A stretch of 64,000 nucleotides of DNA from a virus (lineage: Duplodnaviria > Caudoviricetes): positions 1,745 to 65,744 of IMG/VR virus record IMGVR_UViG_3300005046_000005, one strand, 5' to 3'. Under the pieces are notes generated by a model. That model had not been told where the DNA came from. It was given only the letters and a program-made list of their open reading frames with translations, and ran no database searches. How positions within the stretch are numbered: position 1 is the first letter of the stretch; every line of letters starts with the position of its first letter. Shown here piece by piece: positions 27,378 through 37,434 of this stretch. The translations under genes and the position numbers were made by a program.

Positions 27378-28316
27378 ATGAAAGATTACAGTCACTATGA
27401 CTTTTCAGCTTTCGACCCTAGCATCCCTAGAACGCTTTATGTAGATGCAGACACCATCATTTATGCCAATGCAGCAGCTTGCTCAAAGGATGAATGCAAG
27501 GTGACGCATAAAGAATCAGGCCGTGAAAAGGTCTTTGCTAATTTTGAAGTGTTCATTGACTTCTTAGAAAATGATGAACGCGGTAAACGTTTTACAATTG
27601 ATGATTTCGATGTGCCAGTGCTGGGCTTTGCCTTCAGCAATATTCGCAAGAAGTTTGAAGCTCTGCAAGCCTTACCTTGGGTGAAAGAGATGAAAATCTA
27701 TGTAGGCGGGCTGGGCAACTTCCGTAAGGACTTGTACCCTGACTACAAAGGCAATAGAGCGCCTAAACCAAAACTGCACAAATACTGCCATGCTTATGTA
27801 ACTGGGAAGTATGCAGCGATGGTTGAAATCTGTGACGGACTGGAAGCGGAAGACCACTGTTTAGCAGATGCTTTAGCTGATCCAAACGGTGTCATTGGTT
27901 ATGTAGATAAAGACTTAGAAGGTCAAGCTGGATACTTCTTCAACTACAATAAAATGGAACTTGGTGTTTTCTACATTAACAAAACGCAAGCGTTCTATAA
28001 CCTGTGTGTTCAACTTATGATTGGTGACAGAAGCACAGACAACATCAAAGGTATTGATTTTGTGTCCGCTTCTCTGAAAGAGAAATACAAGATCACAACC
28101 AAGTCAATCGGTGCTGGAACAGCTGCTAAGATTCTAGCGGATGTTGAGCATGATATTCAGCTGATGAAAGAACGTATTGTAGAAGTTTACAAAATGTCTT
28201 ATCTAGGCGAATGGAAGAAGTTTTTGGACTTCACAGGCAAGCTGATTTATATCACGCCTAAGCGCTGGCAGATCTTTGAAGTTGATAAGTTCTTAGATGG
28301 TGTAGCGCATGCCTGA
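27378..28316 (+). CDS. 5'-3' exonuclease (T7 gp6 / FEN-like)
   Basis: YVDAD, NFRKDLYPDYKGNR, EAED, DKDL and GDRSTDNIKG. Confidence 0.88.
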   Translation: MKDYSHYDFSAFDPSIPRTLYVDADTIIYANAAACSKDECKVTHKESGREKVFANFEVFIDFLENDERGKRFTIDDFDVPVLGFAFSNIRKKFEALQALPWVKEMKIYVGGLGNFRKDLYPDYKGNRAPKPKLHKYCHAYVTGKYAAMVEICDGLEAEDHCLADALADPNGVIGYVDKDLEGQAGYFFNYNKMELGVFYINKTQAFYNLCVQLMIGDRSTDNIKGIDFVSASLKEKYKITTKSIGAGTAAKILADVEHDIQLMKERIVEVYKMSYLGEWKKFLDFTGKLIYITPKRWQIFEVDKFLDGVAHA

Positions 28317-28821
28317 ACTTCCTGAGCATCTGTACACAACGAAAGACGTACAGCGGACACGGGAACACTTGACTAAGCAGCAGAATGGCCTTGACCTTAT
28401 CACAGGTCTTGTCATTCCTGCTAAGCAGGCTGTTCTGGATCATGACCACAAGACACAGTTTGTCCGTGGTGTGCTGCATCGGCAGACAAACGCAGTGTTA
28501 GGTAAGCTTGAAAACATGTACACGCGCTATCTTAGTTGGTGGTACGAAGGTACATTGTCAGACTTCCTGCGTGGATGTGCTGACTATCTGGATAAAGAGC
28601 ACCCTCAAGATTTCATTCATCCAGCCCATGTCAAATACCTGCAAGTTCAGTTTAATAAACTCTCAGAAGGCCAGAAGAAAAACGTTCTGGCGCACTTCAA
28701 CTCAGAAACTGGGGTTAATGGGAAGCAACGCAAAGAACTCTTTCAGAAAGTGATTCTACGCAAAGAAACAACAATGCAGGAATTTTTAGAAGTTATTAAT
28801 AAGGAGAACTCAGTTGAGTAA
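28309..28821 (+). CDS. Recombination endonuclease VII-like protein lacking the Zn cysteines
   Basis: VLDHDHKTQFVRGVL...N..LG. Confidence 0.8.
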   Translation: MPELPEHLYTTKDVQRTREHLTKQQNGLDLITGLVIPAKQAVLDHDHKTQFVRGVLHRQTNAVLGKLENMYTRYLSWWYEGTLSDFLRGCADYLDKEHPQDFIHPAHVKYLQVQFNKLSEGQKKNVLAHFNSETGVNGKQRKELFQKVILRKETTMQEFLEVINKENSVE

Positions 28822-29836
28822 AGTTACAGAATCAGATTTTAAAAGTTACAAAAAGCTAATCGAAGGTGGCTACTCTCAGCGGTCAGCTTGCGAAGTTATT
28901 GGCGTTCCACGCAGCACAATGCAATGGTACATTAAACGTAAGATTGACTCAGAAGCGATTCAAGCAGAAATTGAACAACTTGATTCAGGCATGTTGGCGG
29001 AAGGTGCTAAGACGGTTGTAGCGTTAGCTCAGCGCGGTGCTAGAATCTTAGCCTTTGACTTGGAAACTTCCATCCCTAAAGTGGCAACATTTGGGCGTAT
29101 GAAAGTCTTCTTGAATCATGAAAACGTCATTCAGGAAGGTGGAAAGATTATTTGTGCATCTTACATCTGGATTGATGCTAACGGCGTAGGTCAAGTGCAG
29201 CTTATTAACATGACAGCTGAAGAAATTGCCAATGACGATGATAGCCGCATCTGCGCAGAACTTTGGGAACTGTTCAATCAAGCTGATGCAGTGGTTTGCC
29301 ACAATGCTTCAACCTTCGACTTCCCGATGCTGAAGACTCGCTGCATGATGCACGGTATGCCTCCACTACCTACAGTGAAAGTTCTTGATACACTGATCAT
29401 GGCGCGCAAGAACTTCCGCTTCCCAAGCAACCGCTTAGCTGATCTGGCTGCGTACCTTGGCCTTGAAGCGAAGAAAGACGCAGGTGGTGTGAAGACTTGG
29501 ATTGATTACCAAGCAGGTAAGCAAGCTGCAATTGATCACATGCATTTCTACTGTAAGCATGACACGGTGCTGCTGGTTCAAGTTTACCTGAAGCTTCGTA
29601 ACTACGGACACACAGGTTCTGACTTCAACGCAGGCTTGTATGTTAACGCAGAAGAAGGTACAATGCTTTGTACAGTATGTGCCAGCCCTGTAGCTAAGAC
29701 AGGCCGCTTTGTTTACACAAGCGTTAGTAAGTTCGAAGAACTGCGCTGCACAAGCTGTGGTAACGTAACCCGTACACGGAGAAATTTAGTTGAAGACCGA
29801 AGCCGTTTAGTAAGTAACGTAAAACTTAAGGGTTAA
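28814..29836 (+). CDS. DnaQ/RNase H-like 3'-5' exonuclease with N-terminal HTH and C-terminal Zn ribbon
   Basis: AFDLETS, HNASTFDFP, YCKHD, and CTVC...CTSC. Confidence 0.8.
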   Translation: MSKVTESDFKSYKKLIEGGYSQRSACEVIGVPRSTMQWYIKRKIDSEAIQAEIEQLDSGMLAEGAKTVVALAQRGARILAFDLETSIPKVATFGRMKVFLNHENVIQEGGKIICASYIWIDANGVGQVQLINMTAEEIANDDDSRICAELWELFNQADAVVCHNASTFDFPMLKTRCMMHGMPPLPTVKVLDTLIMARKNFRFPSNRLADLAAYLGLEAKKDAGGVKTWIDYQAGKQAAIDHMHFYCKHDTVLLVQVYLKLRNYGHTGSDFNAGLYVNAEEGTMLCTVCASPVAKTGRFVYTSVSKFEELRCTSCGNVTRTRRNLVEDRSRLVSNVKLKG

Positions 29837-29882
29837 TCCCGTTCAATAAAGCAACAAACAGAAGCCATAGCTAATATATTTA

Positions 29883-29911
29883 TTGTATTTTTACCGTAAA
29901 TAGATTACTAT
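29883..29911 (+). promoter_or_regulatory. sigma70-like promoter TTGTAT-17-TACTAT inside an inverted repeat
   Basis: Repeat arms 29862-29870 and 29908-29916. Confidence 0.5.
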
Positions 29912-29938
29912 GGCTTTACTTTTAGTAAGGAGATAATC

Positions 29939-30598
29939 ATGAATACCGCTTCACAAAACACTGCTTCACAAAACACTGCATTAAATTATCGAATCAGACA
30001 ACACATCAAAAATAGAACGAAGTTTAAATACGCAGGCTGGGACTTACCTTTATTAAAAGGTAGCAAATGGAAACCACACAAAGCTCTTATCATTGTACGC
30101 ATAGAAGGTGCGTGGGTAAGGGTTGCTCGGTTAGATAACAAAGGGATGGATTCAGCAGGTTCAAGAACTCTTACACTGCGTTACACAAGCCTTGTGCCAG
30201 TCAAAGATGAAGACATGGCAAAGCCTAAATCAAAACCTGTTAGTATTGCAGCAGCGTTAACTCCTCGCGCGATCCAACCTCAAGCAATTGTTGCTAAACA
30301 GCCATTAACTACAGGTGTTAAGTACGACCAAGACAAACCTGAGTTCAGTTTGTTACCTAAGAAGGTTTTACAGCCAATCATGCGTGTTCTTAGCTTTGGT
30401 GCTAAGAAATATACGAAGGACAACTGGCAGCGTGTTGATAATGCACAGGAACGCTATTTCAATGCAATGCAACGTCACTTGATGGCATGGTGGGAAGGCG
30501 AAAAGAAAGATCCAGAAACAGGTGAGAGCCATTTAGCCCATGCAGGGTGTTGCCTCTTGTTCTTGTTATGGTTTGAAACCAAGGAAGGAGAAGTTTAA
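29939..30598 (+). CDS. dATP/dGTP diphosphohydrolase-domain (DUF5664) protein
   Basis: GVKYDQDKP..SLLP, FGAKKY..DNW and RHL.AWWEGE..DPETGESHLAHA; N-terminal 15-nt tandem duplication (NTASQ). Confidence 0.85.
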   Translation: MNTASQNTASQNTALNYRIRQHIKNRTKFKYAGWDLPLLKGSKWKPHKALIIVRIEGAWVRVARLDNKGMDSAGSRTLTLRYTSLVPVKDEDMAKPKSKPVSIAAALTPRAIQPQAIVAKQPLTTGVKYDQDKPEFSLLPKKVLQPIMRVLSFGAKKYTKDNWQRVDNAQERYFNAMQRHLMAWWEGEKKDPETGESHLAHAGCCLLFLLWFETKEGEV

Positions 30599-30936
30599 TG
30601 ACGCCACTGGTTGTATTTACACTTAATGAATTGCAGAAGCTTGTGCCATCTTTTAAAACTGAGATGGTGATGAGTGAAAACGAAAAGGTAGTTGGCATTT
30701 TAACAGACATGTTCTGGCGCTTAGGCTGTGACTTTTCAGCTGGAGTAGAAGTCCAGACCGATGTCCTGTCGAAGAACCGCTTAGGGGAAGTTGATAGCAG
30801 CCCCCGATTCATCCTTTCAGAACGGATGGATCAAAAGTGGTTAATGTCAGGCTACGCAAGCACAGCAGCCAAGCAATATACGCCAGACCTGAGCTTGGTT
30901 GTTAATCTATGGAAACTTAAAAACAGAGGTGTTTAA
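30598..30936 (+). CDS. Conserved phage hypothetical protein upstream of RNR
   Basis: ORF coupled to its neighbours. Confidence 0.7.
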   Translation: MTPLVVFTLNELQKLVPSFKTEMVMSENEKVVGILTDMFWRLGCDFSAGVEVQTDVLSKNRLGEVDSSPRFILSERMDQKWLMSGYASTAAKQYTPDLSLVVNLWKLKNRGV

Positions 30937-30937
30937 A

Positions 30938-32005
30938 TTGGCAGAAAATAAACCTAAGCTTTCGAAATTGTCGGAAGCTACAAAGAAGTTGAAAATTACA
31001 GACCCGTACCACGGTTATGAAGTTCGTTATCCGATCCTACGGGAAATCTCAGAGAAGCAACTGGAGAAACAAATCTGGTTTGCTTCCAAGATCCGCGTGG
31101 TTGAAGAAGACCGCATGGAAATGCTTCACAGTTTGGACTTGCAGCAGCAGACGGTAGTTAAGCGTATCCTGCCTACCTTCCGAAAGTATGAGCATGACGT
31201 AGCGCATTTCTGGACAGATGTCTACAGCAAGTTCTTCGTGTCGCATGAATGCTTAGAAGGTGCTGCTGTCATTAACATGATGGAACGTGCGGTTCATGAA
31301 CGCTTCTACGATAAAGTCAACGAAGTCTTCCAAACAAACACTGACGCGCATTACCTGTCTTACTTAAATGATCCGATCTTCAAAGAGCGCGCCCGCTGGT
31401 TAGGCCAAATGCTTGCGAATGGTGATAAGAAGGCTGTCTGCCTTGTCTTTGGTTTGGTTGAAGGTGTTTCATTGTTCAGTATGTTTGCCTTGCTGCGAAG
31501 CTTCCAAGCAAACGGAATCAACAAGATTGCAACCACTGTAAAAGGTACTAAGCAGTCTGCGATTGATGAACTATTGCACAGTGACTTCTTGGCTGCTTCC
31601 TTCCGTTATTACTATGCAGAATTGAAGTCATCTTTAGATGCAGATCCTGAATATTACAAGATCCTTCTTGAACAGTGCCGTAACGTTGTAGCAATGGAAG
31701 AATTTATTCTAACCAACGTGATCAAAGTTGATGGCTTCCCAGAAGACAGTTTTAACGGTGTGCCGCTGACCAAATACTTTACGCTGATTAAAGTGCTTGC
31801 TAACATTTACTTTAACCGTTTAGGCAGTAAGCAGTTGCCATACCCTGAACTGGGCTTAACCTGTGAGCTTTATGAGTGGTTTATCACTGCGTCTAAAGCA
31901 TACGCTGAAACAGACTTCTTCGGTAAAGGGGAAGGTAAAGAATATGAACATGCTTGGAATGAAGATGGCTTCGTGAAGTGCTGGTTGAAAGGAGAAGACA
32001 AGTGA
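30938..32005 (+). CDS. nrdB: Ribonucleotide reductase class I beta subunit (TTG start at 30938)
   Basis: ERAVHERFY, VEGVSLFSMF and IDELLH di-metal ligands; GAGGT RBS. Confidence 0.88.
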   Translation: MAENKPKLSKLSEATKKLKITDPYHGYEVRYPILREISEKQLEKQIWFASKIRVVEEDRMEMLHSLDLQQQTVVKRILPTFRKYEHDVAHFWTDVYSKFFVSHECLEGAAVINMMERAVHERFYDKVNEVFQTNTDAHYLSYLNDPIFKERARWLGQMLANGDKKAVCLVFGLVEGVSLFSMFALLRSFQANGINKIATTVKGTKQSAIDELLHSDFLAASFRYYYAELKSSLDADPEYYKILLEQCRNVVAMEEFILTNVIKVDGFPEDSFNGVPLTKYFTLIKVLANIYFNRLGSKQLPYPELGLTCELYEWFITASKAYAETDFFGKGEGKEYEHAWNEDGFVKCWLKGEDK

Positions 32006-33750
32006 ATCAAGCTGTAGACTACCGAAAACTGAAAGAAGACTGGAAAGCAGCTGGAGAGATTCCTGAATGGTACTCGACCAATGCATTGCAGTTCTTTATG
32101 GACAGTTATTCATACAAAGGCGAGTCAGTCCGTAGCCGCGATATGACAATCGCTCAGTATCTTGCTAAACATGCTCCGTATGTTATGCCTGATTGGTGGG
32201 AAGATGATCCGTACACAGCTGGCAAGACCTATGCAGAAGTCTTCTTTGACCTGATCTTCACAGATGGTTATGCTGTTCTGTCAACTCCATTGAAAGCAAA
32301 TGGTGGCCTCCCTGACCGCGGCATGACAATCTCTTGCAGTGGTCAGACGCTAAGCAACTCGTTAGCTAGTAAGTCTTTCTTGAACTGTGAGCTTGAGCAG
32401 CTTCTTAAGAACGCTCATGGTTGCGCAATCTCAATGGAAGACTGGTTAGCTGAAGGGGATGTGTATGACGCTGACGGTAATATGTCAGATGGTATTATTC
32501 CACTAATCCTGAACTATCAGCAAACAACGGAAGACACAAACCAAGGCGTTCGCCGCGGCAGCACAGCATTCTATGTTTCTGTTGAGCATGGTGATTTCTG
32601 GAAGGTTGTCGATTTACTGGAAGAAATGTCAGATAAGTTGAACATTGGTTGGATCATCCGCGATTCTTTCATTAACAAATTGTTGATTAAGGATGCAGAT
32701 GCTCTTAAACGTTTGGCGCGGATCATTAAGGTTCGGGTAGCGTTCGGTAAAGGTTACATTGTTAAGCTTGACACAATGAACCGTAACAAGGCAGATGTGT
32801 TCAAGATCTTGGACATGGCTGTTAAGGGCAGTAACTTATGCTCTGAATTGAACCTGCCAGCAGATGACAAGTACACGTTCTCTTGCCCGATCATTAACTT
32901 GAACTTGACACTCTGGGATGAACTTCCTGAACATATCTTCTGGTTATTGCAGATCATGCAGGACTGTAACGTTTCAGGCTACCTTGAACAGCTGGATGCG
33001 AAGAAAGGTTATGGTCGAATCTTCTTAGATAAGATCTATAACTTTACGAAAGACTTCCGTGCAACGGGTATGGGAACATGCGGCTTTCACTCATTACTGA
33101 TGCAGAAACGTTTTACGCTGGACAGCACCGATGCAATGATGCTAAACGATGAGATCTTCTCACGTCAGCGTAAAGAGACGTATGAAGCTTCTGCATGGTT
33201 GGCTGAGGTTCTTGGTGTTCCTGAAGGGATTGCAAGAGCTGGCATCTTCCGCCGCAATGCAACGACTATGTTTGCACCGCCAACAAAGTCCAGCACAGAA
33301 CTTGCTCGTAACTCGCCATCTGAAGGTATTGGTTTGCAGACAGCAATTGCCAAGATTAAAGAGACGGTAGGTGGAGACATTTTCCGTATTGAGAAGGCTT
33401 TCTTAGACTTGATGAAGGAACGTGGCAAGTACACACCTGAAGAAGTCAACAAGATTGCTGTAGCTCGAACTGTAGCTGTCTGTGATTGGTTGACGGCCTA
33501 TGAGAAGAAAGTGTTTGCGTGTGCGTTTGAATGCAGCATGTACGCTCATTTAGACCTGTGTGTAGCTCGTCAGGTGCACTTTGACCAGCAGCAGTCAATC
33601 AACCTGTATGCGTCTTCTAGCGACTCAGAAGAAGATATTGGCGAATGGCACATGCATGCGCTTCTTAATGATATGACCAATGCCTTGTATTACTGCTACT
33701 CAAGCCGTGGTGCAAGCTATGAACGTGTAGAATGTCAAGCTTGTCAGTAA
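32002..33750 (+). CDS. nrdA: Ribonucleotide reductase class I alpha subunit, compact, no ATP cone (GTG start at 32002)
   Basis: SCS, QGVRRG, SNLCSE (NxCxE), APPTKSS and C-terminal CQACQ. Confidence 0.9.
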   Translation: MNQAVDYRKLKEDWKAAGEIPEWYSTNALQFFMDSYSYKGESVRSRDMTIAQYLAKHAPYVMPDWWEDDPYTAGKTYAEVFFDLIFTDGYAVLSTPLKANGGLPDRGMTISCSGQTLSNSLASKSFLNCELEQLLKNAHGCAISMEDWLAEGDVYDADGNMSDGIIPLILNYQQTTEDTNQGVRRGSTAFYVSVEHGDFWKVVDLLEEMSDKLNIGWIIRDSFINKLLIKDADALKRLARIIKVRVAFGKGYIVKLDTMNRNKADVFKILDMAVKGSNLCSELNLPADDKYTFSCPIINLNLTLWDELPEHIFWLLQIMQDCNVSGYLEQLDAKKGYGRIFLDKIYNFTKDFRATGMGTCGFHSLLMQKRFTLDSTDAMMLNDEIFSRQRKETYEASAWLAEVLGVPEGIARAGIFRRNATTMFAPPTKSSTELARNSPSEGIGLQTAIAKIKETVGGDIFRIEKAFLDLMKERGKYTPEEVNKIAVARTVAVCDWLTAYEKKVFACAFECSMYAHLDLCVARQVHFDQQQSINLYASSSDSEEDIGEWHMHALLNDMTNALYYCYSSRGASYERVECQACQ

Positions 33751-33791
33751 CTCATAAGGGGCGAAAGCCCCTTCTTAATAAGGAAATTTAA

Positions 33792-34019
33792 ATGAAAATC
33801 GAAATATACGGCAAGCCGATGTGCCCTGCCTGCAACACAGCTAAAGCTACGTTGGAAGCTAAAGGTTTAGCTTTTGAATACAAGGTTCTGAATAAGGACT
33901 ACAGCATTGCAGAATTTTATGAGATTGCACCCCGTACACATCGAACGTTTCCAATGCTTGCAGTAGATGGTAAATATGTAGGTACATTTACTGATTTACT
34001 TGAAAAGTTAGGGAATTAA
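33792..34019 (+). CDS. Glutaredoxin
   Basis: CPAC and RTFP. Confidence 0.88.
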   Translation: MKIEIYGKPMCPACNTAKATLEAKGLAFEYKVLNKDYSIAEFYEIAPRTHRTFPMLAVDGKYVGTFTDLLEKLGN

Positions 34020-34020
34020 G

Positions 34021-34497
34021 ATGATCGGACACACTACACTAACAAGCTCCGAAACGCATACATGGGAAACTCCCATAGATTTGTTTAACTCGGTGAACGC
34101 AGTTTATAACTTCACACTAGATGCGTGTGCAGAAGATTTAACAGCTAAAGTTGTTAACTACTATACCAAAGAACAGGATGCCTTAATACAAGATTGGAAG
34201 GGGGTTGTGTGGTGTAACCCCCCTTATGGACGACAACAAGGTAAGTTTGTTTTAAAGGCGATTGAAGAGGTTGTGAAAGGAAATGCAAAAACGGTAGTAT
34301 GCTTAATACCCTCTCGGACTGATACAAAGCTTTGGCAAGAACACATCTTTAAACATGCAAGCGAAGTGTTCTTTATAAAAGGGCGATTACGCTTTAGTGG
34401 GAGTAGTGTAAATGCGCCATTCCCAAGTGCACTTGTAGTTTTTGGAGAAGTGGGTACACCCCTAACTTTAGAAGGTTTTTCTACTCGTAAAACTTGA
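34021..34497 (+). CDS. Phage DNA N6-adenine methyltransferase (Dam-like)
   Basis: WETP, FTLDACA, WCNPPYG, PSRTDT and GRLRF. Confidence 0.88.
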   Translation: MIGHTTLTSSETHTWETPIDLFNSVNAVYNFTLDACAEDLTAKVVNYYTKEQDALIQDWKGVVWCNPPYGRQQGKFVLKAIEEVVKGNAKTVVCLIPSRTDTKLWQEHIFKHASEVFFIKGRLRFSGSSVNAPFPSALVVFGEVGTPLTLEGFSTRKT

Positions 34498-34509
34498 TAT
34501 TTAATAAGG

Positions 34510-34545
34510 AAGGGACTTGACAGCTTGTTGAGTCCCTTTTATTAT
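34510..34545 (+). terminator. Intrinsic terminator overlapping a TTGACA-17-TATTAT promoter
   Basis: GGGACTTGACA/TGTTGAGTCCC stem with G-U pairs, followed by TTTT. Confidence 0.7.
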
Positions 34546-34779
34546 GCCTGCACTTTAATAGGGAATGCAGATTTAATGGCAAAGGCTATTGAAAAATACA
34601 CAATGATCAGCCACTCGTGGAAGCTGCTTGTTGCTGGAAAGCAAGTCTGCAACACATGCGGACTGGTAGCTTTAAACAATGAATTTACACGCTGGGCTAT
34701 AGATAAAGGTTGCGATAACCATCTTCACCCAGAATATGAACGTGTTAAGAACCGATTTACAAAACTGGAGCTTAAATGA
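34525..34779 (+). CDS. Small hypothetical protein with CxxC (true start probably downstream, MAKA)
   Basis: CNTC...C..H pattern. Confidence 0.55.
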   Translation: MLSPFYYACTLIGNADLMAKAIEKYTMISHSWKLLVAGKQVCNTCGLVALNNEFTRWAIDKGCDNHLHPEYERVKNRFTKLELK

Positions 34780-35177
34780 GCAGAACTCAGAAAGGAAGTA
34801 AGAAGGCTGGTTATGATTACTGGTCTAAACGTCCGTACAGCGGTTGCGGCATTGGTGCTGTTGTTAAGAAGCTTTGTCATAAAGCAGAACGGATGCAGTA
34901 TAAAGAAGATCTTCATAAGCTTTTAAAGAATGAAGACAACCTGCAAGAGCCAGTTGCAATCGTTGTTTACCCTTTAACGGATGAACGTGTTCGCGCTCAT
35001 GCATTGAAGCAGTGGGGTAAACGGGAAGGGCTATACTTAGTAGATGCTTACACGCACTACAATCTTGAACAGGACTGGTTCTGCACTCAAGATGATGCAA
35101 TATGGAAGCTTGACAATTACTCTGTAGGTCATTATGATGATTACCTGCGTGAGCTTCATTCTACAAAATTACGTTAA
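34776..35177 (+). CDS. Hypothetical protein
   Basis: Overlap-coupled start. Confidence 0.65.
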   Translation: MSRTQKGSKKAGYDYWSKRPYSGCGIGAVVKKLCHKAERMQYKEDLHKLLKNEDNLQEPVAIVVYPLTDERVRAHALKQWGKREGLYLVDAYTHYNLEQDWFCTQDDAIWKLDNYSVGHYDDYLRELHSTKLR

Positions 35178-35196
35178 GTTGTACCAAGGAGACAAC

Positions 35197-36264
35197 ATGT
35201 TATTAAACAACATTAAACAAGAAAACACTGTAGCCTACGCTATTGGCAACGGACTTTTAGCATGGAGCAATCCTGCTATTAACGTAGTCCTTACTTCCGA
35301 TGGCAAGGTTCTGCGCTTGAATAACGGTGAAACAGTTCCGACATCACCTCATGCAAAAAATGTAGGCGGGGCGTACCGTGTAGGGATCTACTGCACTGAA
35401 GGTGTTTTGGAAGATTCAAAAGGCAGCTTGACTTACACCAGCACTTCATTCTCTGGCCTTTATGCGCGTATGGTATTAGGTGTTAAGTTGGTCGGTGCTA
35501 AGGTTGTTGAACCTAAGATCGAAACCTTGCATAAGGCTCATAACTACCACCCAGACAATGTGCATGTTGTCGTTAAGAACCGCGTACAACCGTTTGGTGA
35601 TCAGCATAAAGATGCAGAGTCTTACAATACCTTTAAACCAGCTCCGAAGTTTGCAGATTCTCTGTTGTCTTGGATGCAACCAGACGATAAATTCCCCGTT
35701 CTTCCGCTTGTTAACAACCTTTGCAAAGAGATTCCAATGCCTTCAACTGAATTAAGCCTTTTCGAACCTAAATTCTACCAAGTTACAGAAGGTGTTAAAG
35801 GCTTCCGTACAGAAGATGGCGCAATCTTCCCTACAGCTGAACTTGCTGGCTGGCATCAAGATAAGGTGTCTAAAGGTAAAGGCAATGCTCAGGTAGTTTT
35901 AGACTACAATGGCGGTTATGTAATGGCGGAAGCTCTCTTTCATCAAGAGGTGACTTATAATGTCAAGAAGCCTTATGCAAACTTTGTAGATGTCATGACA
36001 AACAATGAAGGTATTGTCTGCATCTCTGAACCTGATACTGCAAGCTTTGCTGGCTTGAGTACGGTGTTCATTAACAAAGGGATTAATGCTCAGTATATTG
36101 CTGTAGCAGCTATTGAAAAAGCAACCTTCACAATTGAAGAAGCTATCAACTTGCAACAGCAGTTGGAGACATTCTGCTTGCATGCTACAATTTATGCAGA
36201 TGCTTTGAATGCTGTTAAAGTATCAACAACAAAAGTCAACAACTGCTTACCACCTAAGCAGTAA
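35197..36264 (+). CDS. Hypothetical protein, paralog of 3357..4250 (start MLLNNIK)
   Basis: AAGGAG RBS; shared motif blocks. Confidence 0.75.
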   Translation: MLLNNIKQENTVAYAIGNGLLAWSNPAINVVLTSDGKVLRLNNGETVPTSPHAKNVGGAYRVGIYCTEGVLEDSKGSLTYTSTSFSGLYARMVLGVKLVGAKVVEPKIETLHKAHNYHPDNVHVVVKNRVQPFGDQHKDAESYNTFKPAPKFADSLLSWMQPDDKFPVLPLVNNLCKEIPMPSTELSLFEPKFYQVTEGVKGFRTEDGAIFPTAELAGWHQDKVSKGKGNAQVVLDYNGGYVMAEALFHQEVTYNVKKPYANFVDVMTNNEGIVCISEPDTASFAGLSTVFINKGINAQYIAVAAIEKATFTIEEAINLQQQLETFCLHATIYADALNAVKVSTTKVNNCLPPKQ

Positions 36265-36273
36265 GGAAGTGCA

Positions 36274-36465
36274 ATGAAACACATTATGTTAGGTAGTGCG
36301 ATGGACATGGCAGCAGCTTTGGCTATAATTGCAGCTACTGAACCTGCACGGACAGTAGAACCAATCAAGATTCCCCGCAGTATGCGCTGTTATCATACTT
36401 GGGAAGAACGTGCGCCGAATGATGATTGGCGTGGTAAAGGCAATAAAAAACGGAGAATTAAATGA
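36274..36465 (+). CDS. Small hypothetical protein
   Basis: RBS; basic C-terminus. Confidence 0.6.
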   Translation: MKHIMLGSAMDMAAALAIIAATEPARTVEPIKIPRSMRCYHTWEERAPNDDWRGKGNKKRRIK

Positions 36466-36731
36466 AATACCCTTTAATAGCAGCCTTGGCTGTAGCAGCT
36501 TTATTCGTGGTTGGTTGTGAACCTACTTCACGGGACGCAACCTATCAGTACAAGTTGCCTGATGAATTAAAAGATTGTACGGCCACACGCCTGCGCGATG
36601 ATACAGGAAATCGCGCAACAGTTTTCCGCTGTCCTAATTCAACAACTACAACAATGTCAGTGCAAGGGAAGACAACCCAAACAACCGTAGTGATTGACGG
36701 TGTGACCTTTGTAGCTAAGGAAGGTTCTTAG
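36462..36731 (+). CDS. Predicted lipoprotein
   Basis: Lipobox VVGC. Confidence 0.7.
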   Translation: MKYPLIAALAVAALFVVGCEPTSRDATYQYKLPDELKDCTATRLRDDTGNRATVFRCPNSTTTTMSVQGKTTQTTVVIDGVTFVAKEGS

Positions 36732-36732
36732 T

Positions 36733-37425
36733 ATGCTGATTAAGGTATTAACAATCCCAGAAGATAGAAACGTCTTTGTTGTAGGTGATATTCATGGAAT
36801 GTACGACCTGTTCATAACTACCTTAAAGAAGATGAACTTCAACTTTGAGAAAGACCTGTGTATCAGTGTAGGCGACTTAGTTGATCGCGGAGAGCAAAGT
36901 CAGCAGTGCGTTAGCTTACTGGATGAACCTTGGTTTGAAGCTGCTGAAGGCAATCATGAACACTTCTGTGTGCAAGGTTTTGGAAACATCCTTTATGAAA
37001 TCGCGCATAAGAAGCCACGTAACGGCGGAGCTTGGTTTTATCAACTTGAACGTCCTGTTCAGGAAATGATAATCAGTAAGTTCAAAGAGCTTCCTACTTT
37101 GATTGAATTGCATTATCGCGGTAAGAAGTATGGCTTTGTTCATGCTGACGTACCTATACTGGACTGGGACATTCTGAAAGATCTTCTTGTGAAAGGTGTT
37201 CGCTTGTTTGATGGAAGAACCATCCAGCACTATTGCCTTTGGAACAGAGGTTTGGTAAAATTACCTCAAGGTTATCCAGTGCATGTTAATGGCATTGACC
37301 ATGTTTTCCTTGGTCACACTGTTGTCCCTGAGATTACACGTATAGGGAATTGCACTTTCTTAGATACAGGCGCAGTGTTTGCCGAATCAGACGAACCGTG
37401 GCCTTTAACCGTTATTAAATTGTAG
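36733..37425 (+). CDS. Metallophosphoesterase (lambda NinI / Ser-Thr phosphatase-like)
   Basis: GDIHG, GDLVDRG, GNHE, VHAD, GHT and DTG. Confidence 0.9.
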   Translation: MLIKVLTIPEDRNVFVVGDIHGMYDLFITTLKKMNFNFEKDLCISVGDLVDRGEQSQQCVSLLDEPWFEAAEGNHEHFCVQGFGNILYEIAHKKPRNGGAWFYQLERPVQEMIISKFKELPTLIELHYRGKKYGFVHADVPILDWDILKDLLVKGVRLFDGRTIQHYCLWNRGLVKLPQGYPVHVNGIDHVFLGHTVVPEITRIGNCTFLDTGAVFAESDEPWPLTVIKL

Positions 37426-37434
37426 AGATGTAAA

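Noticed and set aside
29939-30598. 2-aminoadenine (Z-genome) pathway suggested by the DUF5664 domain
   Set aside because: No PurZ or DatZ homolog is recognisable in the window; DUF5664 alone is widespread.
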